A stretch of 63,981 bases of DNA, filler included, from Pelomyxa schiedti (GCA_020536535.1; 8 parts of 8 records of this genome joined end to end with filler, not necessarily neighbours in it); one strand, 5' to 3'. Counted from the whole stretch's first letter, positions 40,117 through 52,296 are shown. Numbers and translations are program-made. Notes: a model not told the origin generated them from the sequence alone.

Positions 40117-40476
40117 ACTTGTGTGTCTGTTGTGGGTCTTGGGGTGCTTGGTTATTAATGTAATGTTTGTTAATTTTTCTGTTGTGTTTCGTTATAATGC
40201 GTGCAGGGAAGTACTGCCAAGAAACCGTTCCTTCTAGATTTGTTTGTTCCTACACATGTTAATTTCTTTTTTTGACTCTCTTTGAGTCGCAGAGTGGCGA
40301 ACGGATTCGACGTCGAATTTTTTCATCGTGCAAAGTTCGTTTGTTTTCAATGATATTTAAATACACAGTTGAACTCGCGTGATTTTTTCCCTCCTGCTTA
40401 GCTGATGCACACGTACAGCCGGGGGTTTGGGTTGTTGATTAATGTGTGGGTGATGCCCATCCATCACATTTGATCA

Positions 40477-42892
40477 TCAATAGGTGGGCTTGGGCAAGGG
40501 CATGGGTGTCACACAGTGTCCAACGGACCGTCTGCCGCCCAGGAATAGAAACGAGGTGTATTGCACTGGCTTCTCGGAGGGATCCTTTGGTACGAGAACG
40601 ATGGAGTGAGTGTGCTCGGGGAGATACGGGTGATCCCTGTGGAATCGGTGTATGTGAATGATTGTCTGCCGGATATCTTTGTACTCTACAACAAGTGGGG
40701 GCCTGTCATGGTAAAAGTGAGAATAGTCATTCAATTACACCGCAAGAACCTTGTGGATGTTGTCCCCAAGTAAGCTGATTTGCTTTTGCACATATATCCA
40801 TGCCCAATGAATAAGGTCTTCATAGTAAACGCCACTTTTTGTACATTCATTCCATTGTGCACCATAACATGGGCATGGTCGGGGAGCATCTCCAGTGTAT
40901 CCTCTAACTGTGCTACCATTTGTTTAAGCCGTGTACATTCCTCACTGATTAATTGGACACCAATGGCAGCTGAAGTTTGGTTACGCAACCTACAGGGAGA
41001 TCAGATTGAAAGGACTACGAATTCTTGCTACCGATTCAGTACATGAGAAACGCGGCAGCTATATCTCTTAGTTGCTGCGATCATATCTGGTGTGGCACTA
41101 TTCTGACCTATTTTGACAGTAGCCTATATGTTTCAATTAGAAATTGGGTGATTGGAAAGAAAAAAACCTTCGAGAAAATTCCATCAGAAGGTGGAGGAGC
41201 AATTTCTCTTGAGGGGGGAACACCCGAAGAAGCAATGTTCGTTGAAAATGGGGGATAAGGCTCCACGTCATGAACACAGGGAAGTTCAATCTTACCCCAT
41301 TTCCAGCAATGGGAATGTGGTGGAACCTCAGATAACGCCGTTCGCACATGGGAGAGGAGTGCGTCAATCTGCGAGCACCATTCATATAGCCAGCCTAGGG
41401 CTCGGTTCCATGCTGCCCACTCTACTACCATAGATGGAACAGGCCAAGGCAGAGGAGCTTTCATCAGCTCAAGTTCAGTTGGCCACATAGCACTGCAGGC
41501 ATCAAACAGTTCAAAGAAAGGAGCAGCAGCAACGTCGAGAGATTCACTGCTCCCAGTGGGAACCCACCCATCTGTCTTAATAATTGCTGCTGAAGCCAAA
41601 TCTAATATCGCCTTTGGTATCATTGTAGAATTTGCAGAGAGGGATCCTTAAGAAGAGGTTAATTATCAAACGCATTAGCAACAATGAATCAACCGGTTGC
41701 GGATTGAGCTTCTACAATTTGCCTTGCAAACGATTTTAGTGTGAGAAGTGCAGTGCAAGCAACATGACTCTGAGAAAGATCAACTGGAGTAGAATACATC
41801 GCAGGGTCTAAGCGCACACTATTCGATAAATTTCAATTTAGAGGGAAATGGAGACACACCAAAGGCTGTATGTGCCACATGGTGTGTTACAGCAGCAGAT
41901 GTTGATGCTGTAGGTTTAGTTTGGGTTGTAATAATTGGAGATGATGCTGCAGGATGGGAGTGCTCCTCCGCACTTCTCTTTTGGTGGGGGGGTGCATTGT
42001 TACGTGAACGGTGAGGCCCGAAATGTGCGAATGTGTTCATCAATCTTGTGTATACCTCATCAAAAAAGTCATGCGTGTGGGCAGCCGGAACCGGTGGTGA
42101 ACAGGACTCGGCTTTGCTCACTACCGCTGCACTCTTTGGGCCCACAGTCGGACTTGGAGCAGTGGCAACAGTGGGAGTTGCGGTCGCTGTGGAGGTTACT
42201 GCGGTAGTAGTTGTTGTGGTTGCCGTGGTGGTTGCGTTGCCTTTTACCGCAAGTTCCGGCATAAGCCTTTGTGTAACTGGGCCCAGCGGAGGAGGAACAG
42301 CTTCACTAACCCCAAAACAGGCCACATTCTGAGGGACTTCGTGCACGACAAATGCACTTTCGCTTTCCACGGTGCTGGTATTTGCGCCAACAGACACCAC
42401 TACTCCGGCGCCGCCGCCAGAAGCCAGAGTATCGTCGGCGTCAGTGTTGTTTGTGACCAAGTTGGCGTCGCGAGCCAGGTGCTCGAGCACGGGGGATACG
42501 TCACCAACTGAGAGGGTCCCTAGAGCCTCAACGCCAGTCTCTCTTTTGATTTCGCTCCAAGTAGCGAAATGAGCAAACGTGGTGGCGTTTTCCGCACTCG
42601 TGTCGGCACCATTTCCACTCGGTGAGATCTCGGGAGACGCCGCGCTCGCATTTCCGGTTCCAGTCGAACTCTGTGCCGCAGTAGTCGTAGTAGTAGTCAA
42701 AACACCACTGCACGGGGTAGTAGTTGTAGTCGTAGATCCGGTTGTCGCAGTCGCGGTCGCAGATCCGGTGTCGACCTGGGCACCCGGATCGGGAATAGGA
42801 TCTGACGGAAATAATGAAGCACTGTTGGCCTCGAACTCAGCCAACGCCGACACGGACAAAATCAACGGCGGCAGCCCCGTTCCATCGGCCAT
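40477..42892 (-). CDS. Hypothetical protein (Thr/Ala-rich N-terminus, helical C-terminal part), multi-exon
   Basis: Same-strand ORFs 41819-42892, 41108-41623, 40731-40988 and 40477-40734 can be joined by GT-AG introns; no recognisable domain. Confidence 0.6.
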
Positions 42893-43023
42893 TTTTTTTT
42901 TCTTCTTTGGATTTTGACAGGCCGAAAATGAAAAATTGGCCAGATCGTTGATGGTTCAAGACAGTCAAAATCAGAGGGCACTTTGTGGGGTTGCCGGCTT
43001 GCTTGTGGGCCCACAATGGAGGT

Positions 43024-44367
43024 TCACGGGTGAAAGGAGAAATGTTCAGTGACTTCCTTCAGTCGTTCGAGTAACTTGAAAGCAATGACCGGGGCACCAG
43101 AGGACTCCTCAGTCACGTGCATTTCCGTGAGCGATTCGCTCATTTGGAACAGCAGCCCGCCTTCAACAAATGCCTGAGCCGCCGTGCACCCTTCGCGGAA
43201 CCCCGGTGTCCTGATGGGCCTGGCCGCGTCATTGACATCCCACACTTCGTAGGAATCCTCCCCCTTTTCGGTGATTATGCATAACTGTGACTGGCTGAGA
43301 AGTGACAGTGACCTAGAGTCATCGTCTCCAACTCCAATCATATGGGATTGGATCGGCTGAATTTTTCCTGTTGCTTCCTCAATGCTGATGGCAAAGTCAG
43401 CACCCTCTGACATCACAATAATGGAGCGAGAACCCCCGGTTCTTGGATTGGACAATACACAGTGGTCACCCCAGAGAATTGGGTCAAGGTTGGGAAGGCA
43501 CAGGCCAGCACATAGAGGAACAGTTAGGCTCAGAACTGCAAGAGTTTTGGTGCGAGTGGTTTGCATCAGGTCCACAAGAAGAAACTCACAATAGCTGGAA
43601 GAGAAAAGGCGATTTCCGAAGCAAAGCAAGAGGTGGTTTTCGTTGTAGCTGCAAAGTGACAGCTGGAAGTGCTTCTTCCTGCTGCTAACACTCAGTGGCA
43701 CAACGGTTGTCTGCCGTTCAAGGGAAGTTGAACCCATTGGGTACAGCTTTGGCAGCTCGATTATAAGGAGTTTCTTTCTTGAAGACCGGTCACAGCAAAC
43801 AAACCACTTAGAGTTCAAGCAGGTAGTCCAGGAGTGTTTCTTCTTTGTCCAGAAAGGCACCCTTTGGCCTGTCACAACGTCCTGCAGAAAGCACAGTGGG
43901 CCTCTTTGCACCATCAAGTAATGCTGAGTAGCCCCCATCAATGCCTCAGTGGCCCTGGCAACCCACCACTTCATTTTATGTGTAAGTGTCAGCAGTAGTG
44001 GTGACACACCAAAAGTCATCATAACCACATGACAGCCAGCGGTGTAGAACTTGATGCAGTAGAACCTGGAATGTCCCATAATCCAATTCCGCAGCACCCT
44101 CAGCACCAACGTGCTGTCAAACTCCCCTCCAGCGCCGTCTCCACATCCTCCCATAATCGCCAAAATAGGGACCAACAGTGCGCAGCAGGCACCACAGCGC
44201 GGGTGGGTGCCAGCAGCCAACACCCCCACCTGCTCCCTGGCCGTGAGACACGGGGATGACTGAGAATTATGGGTAACGGAACCTCCCTCGTGCAGTGCAT
44301 CTGAGGGGGGTTCTACAACAACGACTTTGCCAAAACGTCGTTGTTGTCTGCTATCGCTGGTTGACAT
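43024..44367 (-). CDS. Lineage-specific expanded family protein (intronless)
   Basis: AREQVGVLAAGTHPRCG, FGVSPLLL, CLNSKWFV, YEVWDVND, VEGGLLFQ, VTEESSGAPVIAF. Confidence 0.75.
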   Translation of the reverse strand: MSTSDSRQQRRFGKVVVVEPPSDALHEGGSVTHNSQSSPCLTAREQVGVLAAGTHPRCGACCALLVPILAIMGGCGDGAGGEFDSTLVLRVLRNWIMGHSRFYCIKFYTAGCHVVMMTFGVSPLLLTLTHKMKWWVARATEALMGATQHYLMVQRGPLCFLQDVVTGQRVPFWTKKKHSWTTCLNSKWFVCCDRSSRKKLLIIELPKLYPMGSTSLERQTTVVPLSVSSRKKHFQLSLCSYNENHLLLCFGNRLFSSSYCEFLLVDLMQTTRTKTLAVLSLTVPLCAGLCLPNLDPILWGDHCVLSNPRTGGSRSIIVMSEGADFAISIEEATGKIQPIQSHMIGVGDDDSRSLSLLSQSQLCIITEKGEDSYEVWDVNDAARPIRTPGFREGCTAAQAFVEGGLLFQMSESLTEMHVTEESSGAPVIAFKLLERLKEVTEHFSFHP

Positions 44368-44531
44368 CAGGCAACAACTGTGTTTGATGGTTGAAATTCT
44401 TGTTACAGGATGTACAAAGAAATGCACAAACATGCGGGAACGGTTTTTCTGTGAAATTCTTTTCAGTGCTTTTTAATTGTGCTCTTTTGATTCTTCAACA
44501 ACAAATTAAAAAAACAAAACAAACTTGAAGT

Positions 44532-46756
44532 ATGGCAGACATTACGCGGCAGGAACCTAGTGACAACAAGCGCACTCGCGAGCACAAGCATCATCACCAC
44601 CACGACCGACATCGCGACCACAGCCGAGATCTCGACGTTGCTGATCAAACTCGAGCTGGCGACGTGGGCGTTACGTCCCCCCAGGAGCGATCTTCGCCTG
44701 CTGTAGGAGTGGAATTGGGCCAATTGCGAGGCGCGGAAGCAACGCAAGTAAAGAAGCGCAGCGACGCCGACCCCGGCGCCAAAGACCGCTCGGACGTCGA
44801 GATTGGCGTTGCCGAAAGCGCGGCTCCTGATGCTAATGACAGCTCCTTCGTTGTGGATTCGAAGGCGCCCGCAAGTGAACCCGGCAGAAACTGCACATCG
44901 GAGGATGGAACTAGTGGCGGCATGACTTGGCGCTTGTGGGTTCTTGTGGCAGACATGGTCTTGATGTCGGTCGGCGCAATGGTGGTTGAAATGTGCTTGA
45001 TTCCCGCTCTGCCAAAGATATCTACTCAGTTTCCCGAGAACAGTGAGTGGGTACCGTGGGTGTGTTTTTTTTCTTTTTTTTCCCAAAGTTGTTACATGAT
45101 TATTTTTTTTTTTTATCTTAACTCCATAAAGGTGATCAGCATATACAATATTGCTGGGGCAGTTTGGACTCCAATTGCGGGCTCTCTGGCAGACTTCTTT
45201 GGTCCCAAGTGGATAACTGTACTGACACTAGTATTGTCCATGTGTGGGCAAGTAATTTGTGCTCTGAGCTCCAACAGCATTTTCCTTCTGATTGTAGGGC
45301 GGTGCATTCAAGGATTTGGAATGGCAGTGAGTTGTTGTTGTTTAGGTATTAATCCGCCGCCTTCCCCCGTTTTTACTGCACATTCTCTCCCTTTCTTTTT
45401 TTTTTTTTTCCCCTTCGTGTAGGTCTTTGTGCTTGCTTTGATTATTGTACGGATGTGCTTCCCAGGAAAGCTTGTTACACCTCTGATTGCTGTAATGACA
45501 AGTATGGTGAGCGTTGGGATGAGCGTTGGGGTGGTGGGTGGTGCTGGAGCCCTGGAATCTATTGAATGGAACGTCATATTTTGGGTCACTCTCCCTGTAT
45601 TCTTTGTGCTCACTGTTATCTTCATTGCATTCATGCCTGGGGCTCCTAAGTGGTTGAGAAGGTTGCCCACTTGTTGTAACCGGAGTTTATGGCCAGAGCA
45701 AAGTGAATCTGATACCGAGGCAGGGGTCACTCCAGCATCTACCAAGAAGAAGCAAAGCTCCCTACTAGAAAAGTTTTGGTCATTTGACCCAGTTGGCTGC
45801 ATACTGCTTATTTGTGGTGTAGTATTACTTCTTATGAGCTTCACTTTCAGTGAGTCGTGGGGATGGGATGAAGCTAGCACAATCTGCCTCTGTGTAATTG
45901 GTGCTGTACTCTTGATTTGCCTGAGTTTTTGGGAACTCTGGGTTGCACAACCTCTCATACCTGTACGAATACTACTTACCAGAGATCAACTTCTGTTGTC
46001 TCTCGTGGCAATTTTTTCTGGATTTGCACAATTCTCCTTTTTCCAGGTTCATCGCAACTGCACTCAAAATGCGTTAACATCTTCTAGATTCTCCCTTACC
46101 TTTATATGTCGACAGAGATGAGCTATAAGGTTCCACCTGTTTCCCTTAGCTCCAGAATCTTATTTTCCTAGATAAGTGTGGATGACATGCTGAAAGTTGG
46201 GCTCTATATGCTTCCATTTGGACTAGCTTCTCTCTTTGCCATGCCCCTAACCATTTTCATCGGGAAATTTCTCGGACATGCAATGGCCACTTCTGTGGCG
46301 GCTGCTATTGCCGTACTTGGGACAGGCTTGTACATCGAATTCCATGACACTGTGGCACAGACGATTATCTTGAACTGTGTTGCTGGGTGCGGTCTGGGAA
46401 TGTCTATCATTGCAGTCATGAACCTCATCACAGCCATAAGCAAGCCAGAGCAATTTGGGGCTCTCTCCGGGGCAAACCTGCTTCTCCGTTTTGTAGGCGG
46501 GTCTCTCGGCCCGGTAGTTGTAACTTTGATCCTGACCCACTCGGCCATCATCACCACAGACCCAGACACAGGCACCGAGTACAAAGTCTACACTGACGAC
46601 TCCTTCACACATTCCTACATCTTCCTGACCTGCATTCTCGCTTGTGCCCTTGTGTGCACCTTTGGCCTCTCTGGTATGTTCAAGTTCTTCTCTGCTGAAG
46701 GCAGAAAACAGCTGAAGGCCGCCAACCAACCACAGCCCAGTAACTCCAAGCCATAA
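44532..46756 (+). CDS. Major facilitator superfamily transporter, DHA2/14-TMS-like
   Basis: MVVEMCLIPALPKI, TPIAGSLADFFGPK (motif A), LIVGRCIQGFG, FDPVGCILL, WVAQPLIPVRIL, GALSGANLLLRFVGGSLG. Confidence 0.9.
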
Positions 46757-46864
46757 TAAAAAGAATAAAAAATTGGCCTGTAAGTTTTTTTTCTTCTTTG
46801 TGACATAGTCCTTTTGAGGTGTGGGTGTAGCAGTGCCCCAAAGGAAAAAGAATCAAACGATTCT

Positions 46865-49800
46865 TTAACATCCTAGAACCATCTTTTGGTAGTTGGGAAG
46901 GTTGGTTGTGGCAACTGAAATGAGGAGAACATACCTTGACTTGTGCTGGGGTGTACTGACACAGGAGTGAGACGTCGGGGTAGCCAGATGAAGGCGTTGA
47001 CAGTGTGTTATAGAGGGTAGTGTAGTGTTGAACTAGTATGCTACCTATTCTTTCTCTGGCTGCGATTCTGTAGAATTTTAGAGGTGTAAGTCAGCTATGC
47101 GGAGGACGCCACCTCAATTCACTGCTTATAATTCGCTCCAGTACAGGCAACATCACGGCATCGTGCAAAACACCCTCGAATAGGAGGATGGCTCCGTGAA
47201 CTGTATCAAAGTCCATTCCAGGCCACTCACAAAGCAAAGATGGTGTGGTAGTGGAGGTTTTTGATTGTGTGGGCGCACTTGATTCTACTGTTGGAGATGA
47301 CGTGGGAGCTGGTTGTGTTGGAGATGGGGATAGAACCGGGGATGTGGGTGCGGATGCGGATGTGTGATTGTCTCCAGTTGTTGTGGTTTGTGTACTGTCT
47401 GATTGTGTTGAGGAAGTGGACTGTGCTAAGTCAGGTTGTAACTTCTGAACGTGACTGTGATAGCGGGAAATGGTAGAGACAAGGGATAGAATTCCACAGT
47501 CCGATAAAATTCCCAGAGACTGAAGGATATTAACTTTTCGAAAATGAATTTACAAAGAAATTTATGTAATTGTGCCAGAAGAGATAGAAACTTGTAGGTG
47601 AACAATGGAGTCCATGTTAGCATCTATTTGAGCTTGGAGCATCTCTAAGGAGACACTCCATACGTCCTGATGCTTTGTAGACATGACGGCAGTCTAGGGA
47701 CAATTAAACCTAACCAAATGAGAGTACACAAGTACCTGAATACTAAAAGCACAATTGATAACATAAACAGATACACTGCTTTCATCGAATTTAGATAAGG
47801 CCGCACTCATTGTGCAAACCTTGAAGTTTCTTGGGGTAAGAAAAGAATCATAAGGGCAGTGGAAAAACCTTCAATAACGGTTGAATAAACGAATCTAGAA
47901 GTGGGGCTATCTCGAGTTGTTGTGTGGAGGACATGGTGAGAGAGCTGTTGAATGACTTGATCAATTCACTCTGTAACACTGGCTCAGGTTCACTGGAGGA
48001 AAATCGCTTATACCAACAATGAAATTAACTCTCGTATGACAAGAGGTGGGACCAAGTCCAAAGGGGGGGACTTGTGGGAATTGTAAATAAAGTCAATTTA
48101 GAGCAGCGAAACAAACCGGTGGAGACCCAAGGACTTTATCCATCAAGTTGCTTATCGAAGTTGTGAACTTGTTCAACGTGTCCACTTGGCATCTGGTTTG
48201 TTTTACATAAAAGAAATAGGGCAGTGTTGGGTTACTGATGCAGTACTGCAATGAAATGAGATTCTGGAGAGTGAAGGAGAGTGGAAATTTTATTGCAATA
48301 GAAGTCAATCAAGTTCGCCATCCGGAAAATTACGACATTTCCAGCTTGGTGCTCAATTGCTTGCTCTAGCCGCACCTAAGATTCAAGTCACTCTTGTTGG
48401 ATGTGTTCACAAGAGCTCTTACTTTAAATTGCATTACTACGTTTTCCATTATTGCCTCAATAGATTTGTCACATAATTTCTGGAGTTCCACTTTTTTTGG
48501 AATTGAATTTGCGTAAAGGTTAAAGAAAACAGACCTGAAAGAGTAGAATAGTCTGTTACATTGTGTTCAGTTTCTGCCCCAGGTGGAGTGAGAAGTGAGC
48601 AAATGAGCTCATATTCGCTAGCGATTGCTTGATGCAGCCACCCTAGCATATCTCCAACGTACCTTGGATAATAAGAAGACTTTTGGTTGAAAGGAAAATA
48701 CCTGAGAGGATCATGTGCATTTATTTCAATTGGCTTCGTACTTCCAGTACCAACAGTCAATGCAACATGGAATGACTTAAGAATAGCACGGTTCCTGTAA
48801 GTCAAAGATAAATCATAAGGTACCCCTAGCTTCTCAACCTTTGGGATGAAATATCTGACAAACAGCCCCTTTTGAATGTGAGCCACAAAAAGAATATATA
48901 AAAGGGTTAACTACTCCAGCATCGCTGGGTCCGTCAATTCATGTAGTGACTCCCGAAATACAGGATCATATGTGGGGCTCTCCAGTAAAAACGCCTAAGT
49001 GGTATGACTAACATATTGGCCAAACAGTAACTAACTTGAGAGTGTGATCGTATCCACTTGGCTATGGTCATGTTTGCTGATGAAATATGCCTGTACATCA
49101 TTTCTGCAATTTCGATTCTTGATGCTAATTAATTAATACAAAGTTTCTCAGAGCTTACCCAAGAAGTCTCTTTTCATGGAATTTTAATAGCACCTTTGAG
49201 TCATTGCTAATTTGCTTGACATGGCGTAATCCTTCAAAGAATCTGGGGCTTGGCTCTGACTTGTTTTGTCAGACAACTATTGCAAAAAAGGCACATACAC
49301 GCAAAGCAGCCAAAGTTTCTTGTGAAAGTTTACATTCCACTAAGAATGCTTCCAAAATAGAACTGCAACCTTCATAATAGACTCTGAAAAAGGAAGTTTT
49401 AGGAAAACATTGCGCTTTAACAGTGGTACTTGTGCATCCTCAACGAGTTGGCGTTTGACAGAAGTTGCGCCGAAAGTTGTTGTGACTGATTCAATGAATT
49501 TACAACAGACGAAGTATCTTTCCTCAAAGCCACGACATCCGTCCTTACAGATTCCACCAGCTTGGGTGTGGGTGTGTATGTGTGAGATTCGGACGAACTT
49601 CACATTGACGGTTGTAGTGCCCACAACTCCCGAAACATAAAAGAATACAAAACAAAACCAAACAAAACCAAACCAACGAACGAACGAACCTGAAGCAGAG
49701 ACTCATAGCTGGTCAGAAAATCGCGCAGATTGTCCAGCTCCCTGCGCTCCACCAGGCTCCTCAGCTCCCTGCGGTTGGACAGGGAGTTGGACGTGTATCC

Positions 49801-49920
49801 CATCTCCCAAACGCCGTTCAGCATGGACCCCACGTCGGCGACGGACCCGGGGCCGTGCTGCGACGGCGCGATGTCCGTCGACACAACCTTGGCGATTTTC
49901 TTGGACAGTGTGGGATTCAT
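46865..49920 (-). CDS. COG6: Conserved oligomeric Golgi complex subunit 6 (multi-exon)
   Basis: LSKKIAKVV..NSLSNRRELRSLVERR; LTVGTGSTKPIEINAHDPLR / YVGDMLGWLHQAIASEYE; ends YTPAQVK/MVLGC*. Confidence 0.92.
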
Positions 49921-50305
49921 CTCGTGCGCACGCGTCTGCTCTTGGCCACGGTAAGAGGCGACTCTTCAAATCACGTTATTAGCAGTGATGGCTCAAACAA
50001 GAGACTTGGAGAACAGCCAGTCTGAGGATCCCAGTGTAACGCCACTACATCCCCTTTGGGATGGAGTCCTGGAGGAGGACAAACATATACTACCCGATTT
50101 CAGTTTCTGGTGGTATTGTTGTCATTGCTTTCTATTGGGAACTGTGACAAGGAGGACAGTGAAAGGATTGGATTAAAATAGTTACCACTAAAAGTTGGTA
50201 ATTAGCCTCTATGTGAGTGTAGACGGGGAGTGACGGACAGGCGAGATAAAGAGGGAACAAAAGTGTTTATTTATTTTAGTTGATCTGGTGGAGGTGTGTT
50301 GCAAG

Positions 50306-50930
50306 TGTGCGCTTATAAGCCCAGGTTCTTCTCATGAATTCCGAGTATCCAGTGGACCCACAGCGCAGCATCACGTGTCATTGAATTCCAGAAGTTGTCC
50401 GACTTCTGTGGGTCGCTCAGGCCCGACACTGTGATTCCCTTTTTCGGGAAGTCATCACTTTCACATCTCTCTCAATGCCTTCACTGAGGGAGTTGTTGGT
50501 GGATTGATATATGAATGACCTGCGAGAGTGACAAGTATCATCTCCAGAGAAGGAGTTAAAACACTATAGTGTTTGATATGTGGTTCTGAATTGCTTGAGC
50601 CGGTGAGGTTTATTGCAAGACGAAGGAGAGAGGTTACCTTTCCTTTGCAATTTGCTTGGTGGCAGCAACGTGACCAATGTCGGCCTAAATACATCGTGTC
50701 TTGGAAGTAGTGTAAGTGAAGCCAGAAAACGGTGAGTTGTGAAACACCACCCAAAAGTGTTTATGAAGAGGCTCATTGTTACAATTAATATAGCATATGC
50801 CTAGACAGCGTATACATAAGGAGAGTTTGTCACGTATGCCGCACAAAACTAAGGAGTAGATGCAGTTGCAATAGGTACCGAGAATGACAACCGATGAGCC
50901 CACAACAACATTTTCTACGGTGTGCACCGA
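50306..50930 (-). CDS. Possible small spliced hypothetical gene
   Basis: Short minus-strand open segments bounded by GT/AG (..LHKHFW / ADIGHVAATKQIAKER / ..). Exon structure not resolved. Confidence 0.25.
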
Positions 50931-51270
50931 AGTGATTCACACTCGAATCAGATCTTCCACATACAAAAAGCCAACAGGTTGTCGCGCTCCGTACGTAGAA
51001 ATCACACACCGTCAATACACTAACCGCTCGTCCAAAAAAAAAGAGTTTCAACTGTGTAAAGGGAAAAGTCGAAAGAAAAACTAAAACTTCCCCTTTTTAA
51101 ACGCCTGGCGCGGTTACGGTGGCTAACACCGTGTGTGGCGTGTAGAATAGGATTTCGTCTCGCGTCCTCCAAGAAAATGCCGTGCGGAGTTCTCTACACA
51201 TATGATAAGCAACCTAAACAACGCCACAATCACGTTTAACCTACCATCTCCTGTTTTTCCGCTTCCATTT

Positions 51271-52296
51271 CTGTTGTTATTCCCAGCCATCAGTGAAGCG
51301 GCACGGGAACGCATACAACAACAACCACAGCAGTGACTCCTGCATTGCACAAGAAGCTGTTGTTATTCCCAGCCATCAGTGAAGCGGCACGGGAAACAAC
51401 AACAACTCCCTGGTGCAGACTCCAACATCTAGACTCTCCCAGCTTTCCACCAGAATTGTGTGACCTTGTGAGTGGTGCACTGTGGCGTTTTCCTCCCAGC
51501 CATCAGTTAAGCGGCACGGGAGAACACGCCAAAACAGCACACCATCACTCAGCACAACAACTCCAGTTTCCGCCAAGAGAGGTTGATATTGGAGAGCAGG
51601 GATGGGATGACGCCACAGAGCCGAATCAACAGCGGAAATATATAAGAGCTCTCCAAATCATCAATCCCAGTGACTAGCAGTAATATTGGTGGTATCTCAG
51701 CCAGCGAAGCCAAGCCTTCAAGTAGTATCTCACAGTGGTGTGCAATGAAACTATTCTACTATTCTCCCAATAATCGAATGTAGTAAATTAGGTTATAAAG
51801 AGGTAAGACCAATACCGCAAACCCAAGAGATGAAGCAGCCACAGCCAGCAGATGAAGTGACTTGATATTGAGTTCACTTGTTGCAGTTGAAGTTGCTCTC
51901 AGCCATCAGTTAAGCGGCACGAGAACGCTACCAGCCATCAGTTAAGCGGCACGGTAACGCATACAACAACAACCACAGCAGTGACTTCACTTGTTGCAGT
52001 TGAAGTTGCTCTCAGCCATCAGTTAAGCGGCACGAGAACGTTCCCAGCCATCAGTTAAGCGGCACGGGAACGCATACAACAACAACCACAGCAGTGACTC
52101 CTGCATTGCACAAGAAGCTGTTGTTATTCCCAGCCATCAGTGAAGCGGCACGGGAAACAACAACAACTCCCTGGTGCAGACTCCAACATCTAGACTCTCC
52201 CAGCTTTCCACCAGAATTGTGTGACCTTGTGAGTGGTGCACTGTGGCGTTTTCCTCCCAGCCATCAGTTAAGCGGCACGGGAGAACACGCCAAAAC
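51271..52296 (-). repeat. Array of 9 structured hairpin repeats (core GTGCCGCTTMACTGATGGCT on the minus strand) inside an apparent 761-bp higher-order repeat; candidate ncRNA
   Basis: Plus-strand core AGCCATCAGT(T/G)AAGCGGCAC starts at 51285, 51371, 51498, 51901, 51933, 52014, 52046, 52132 and 52259. 51281-51535 recurs at 52042-52296. Most spacings are not multiples of 3. Confidence 0.9.

Noticed and set aside
51285-51392. Iron-responsive element, tRNA-Sec anticodon arm, hammerhead or K-loop interpretation of the hairpin
   Set aside because: CAGTGA occurs in only three copies and lacks the 5-bp IRE upper stem. There is no cloverleaf, no CUGAnGA plus GAAA core and no tandem GA pairs.
51271-52296. 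CRISPR array
   Set aside because: Spacers are very unequal and re-used, repeat flanks co-vary, no cas genes are present and the context is eukaryotic.
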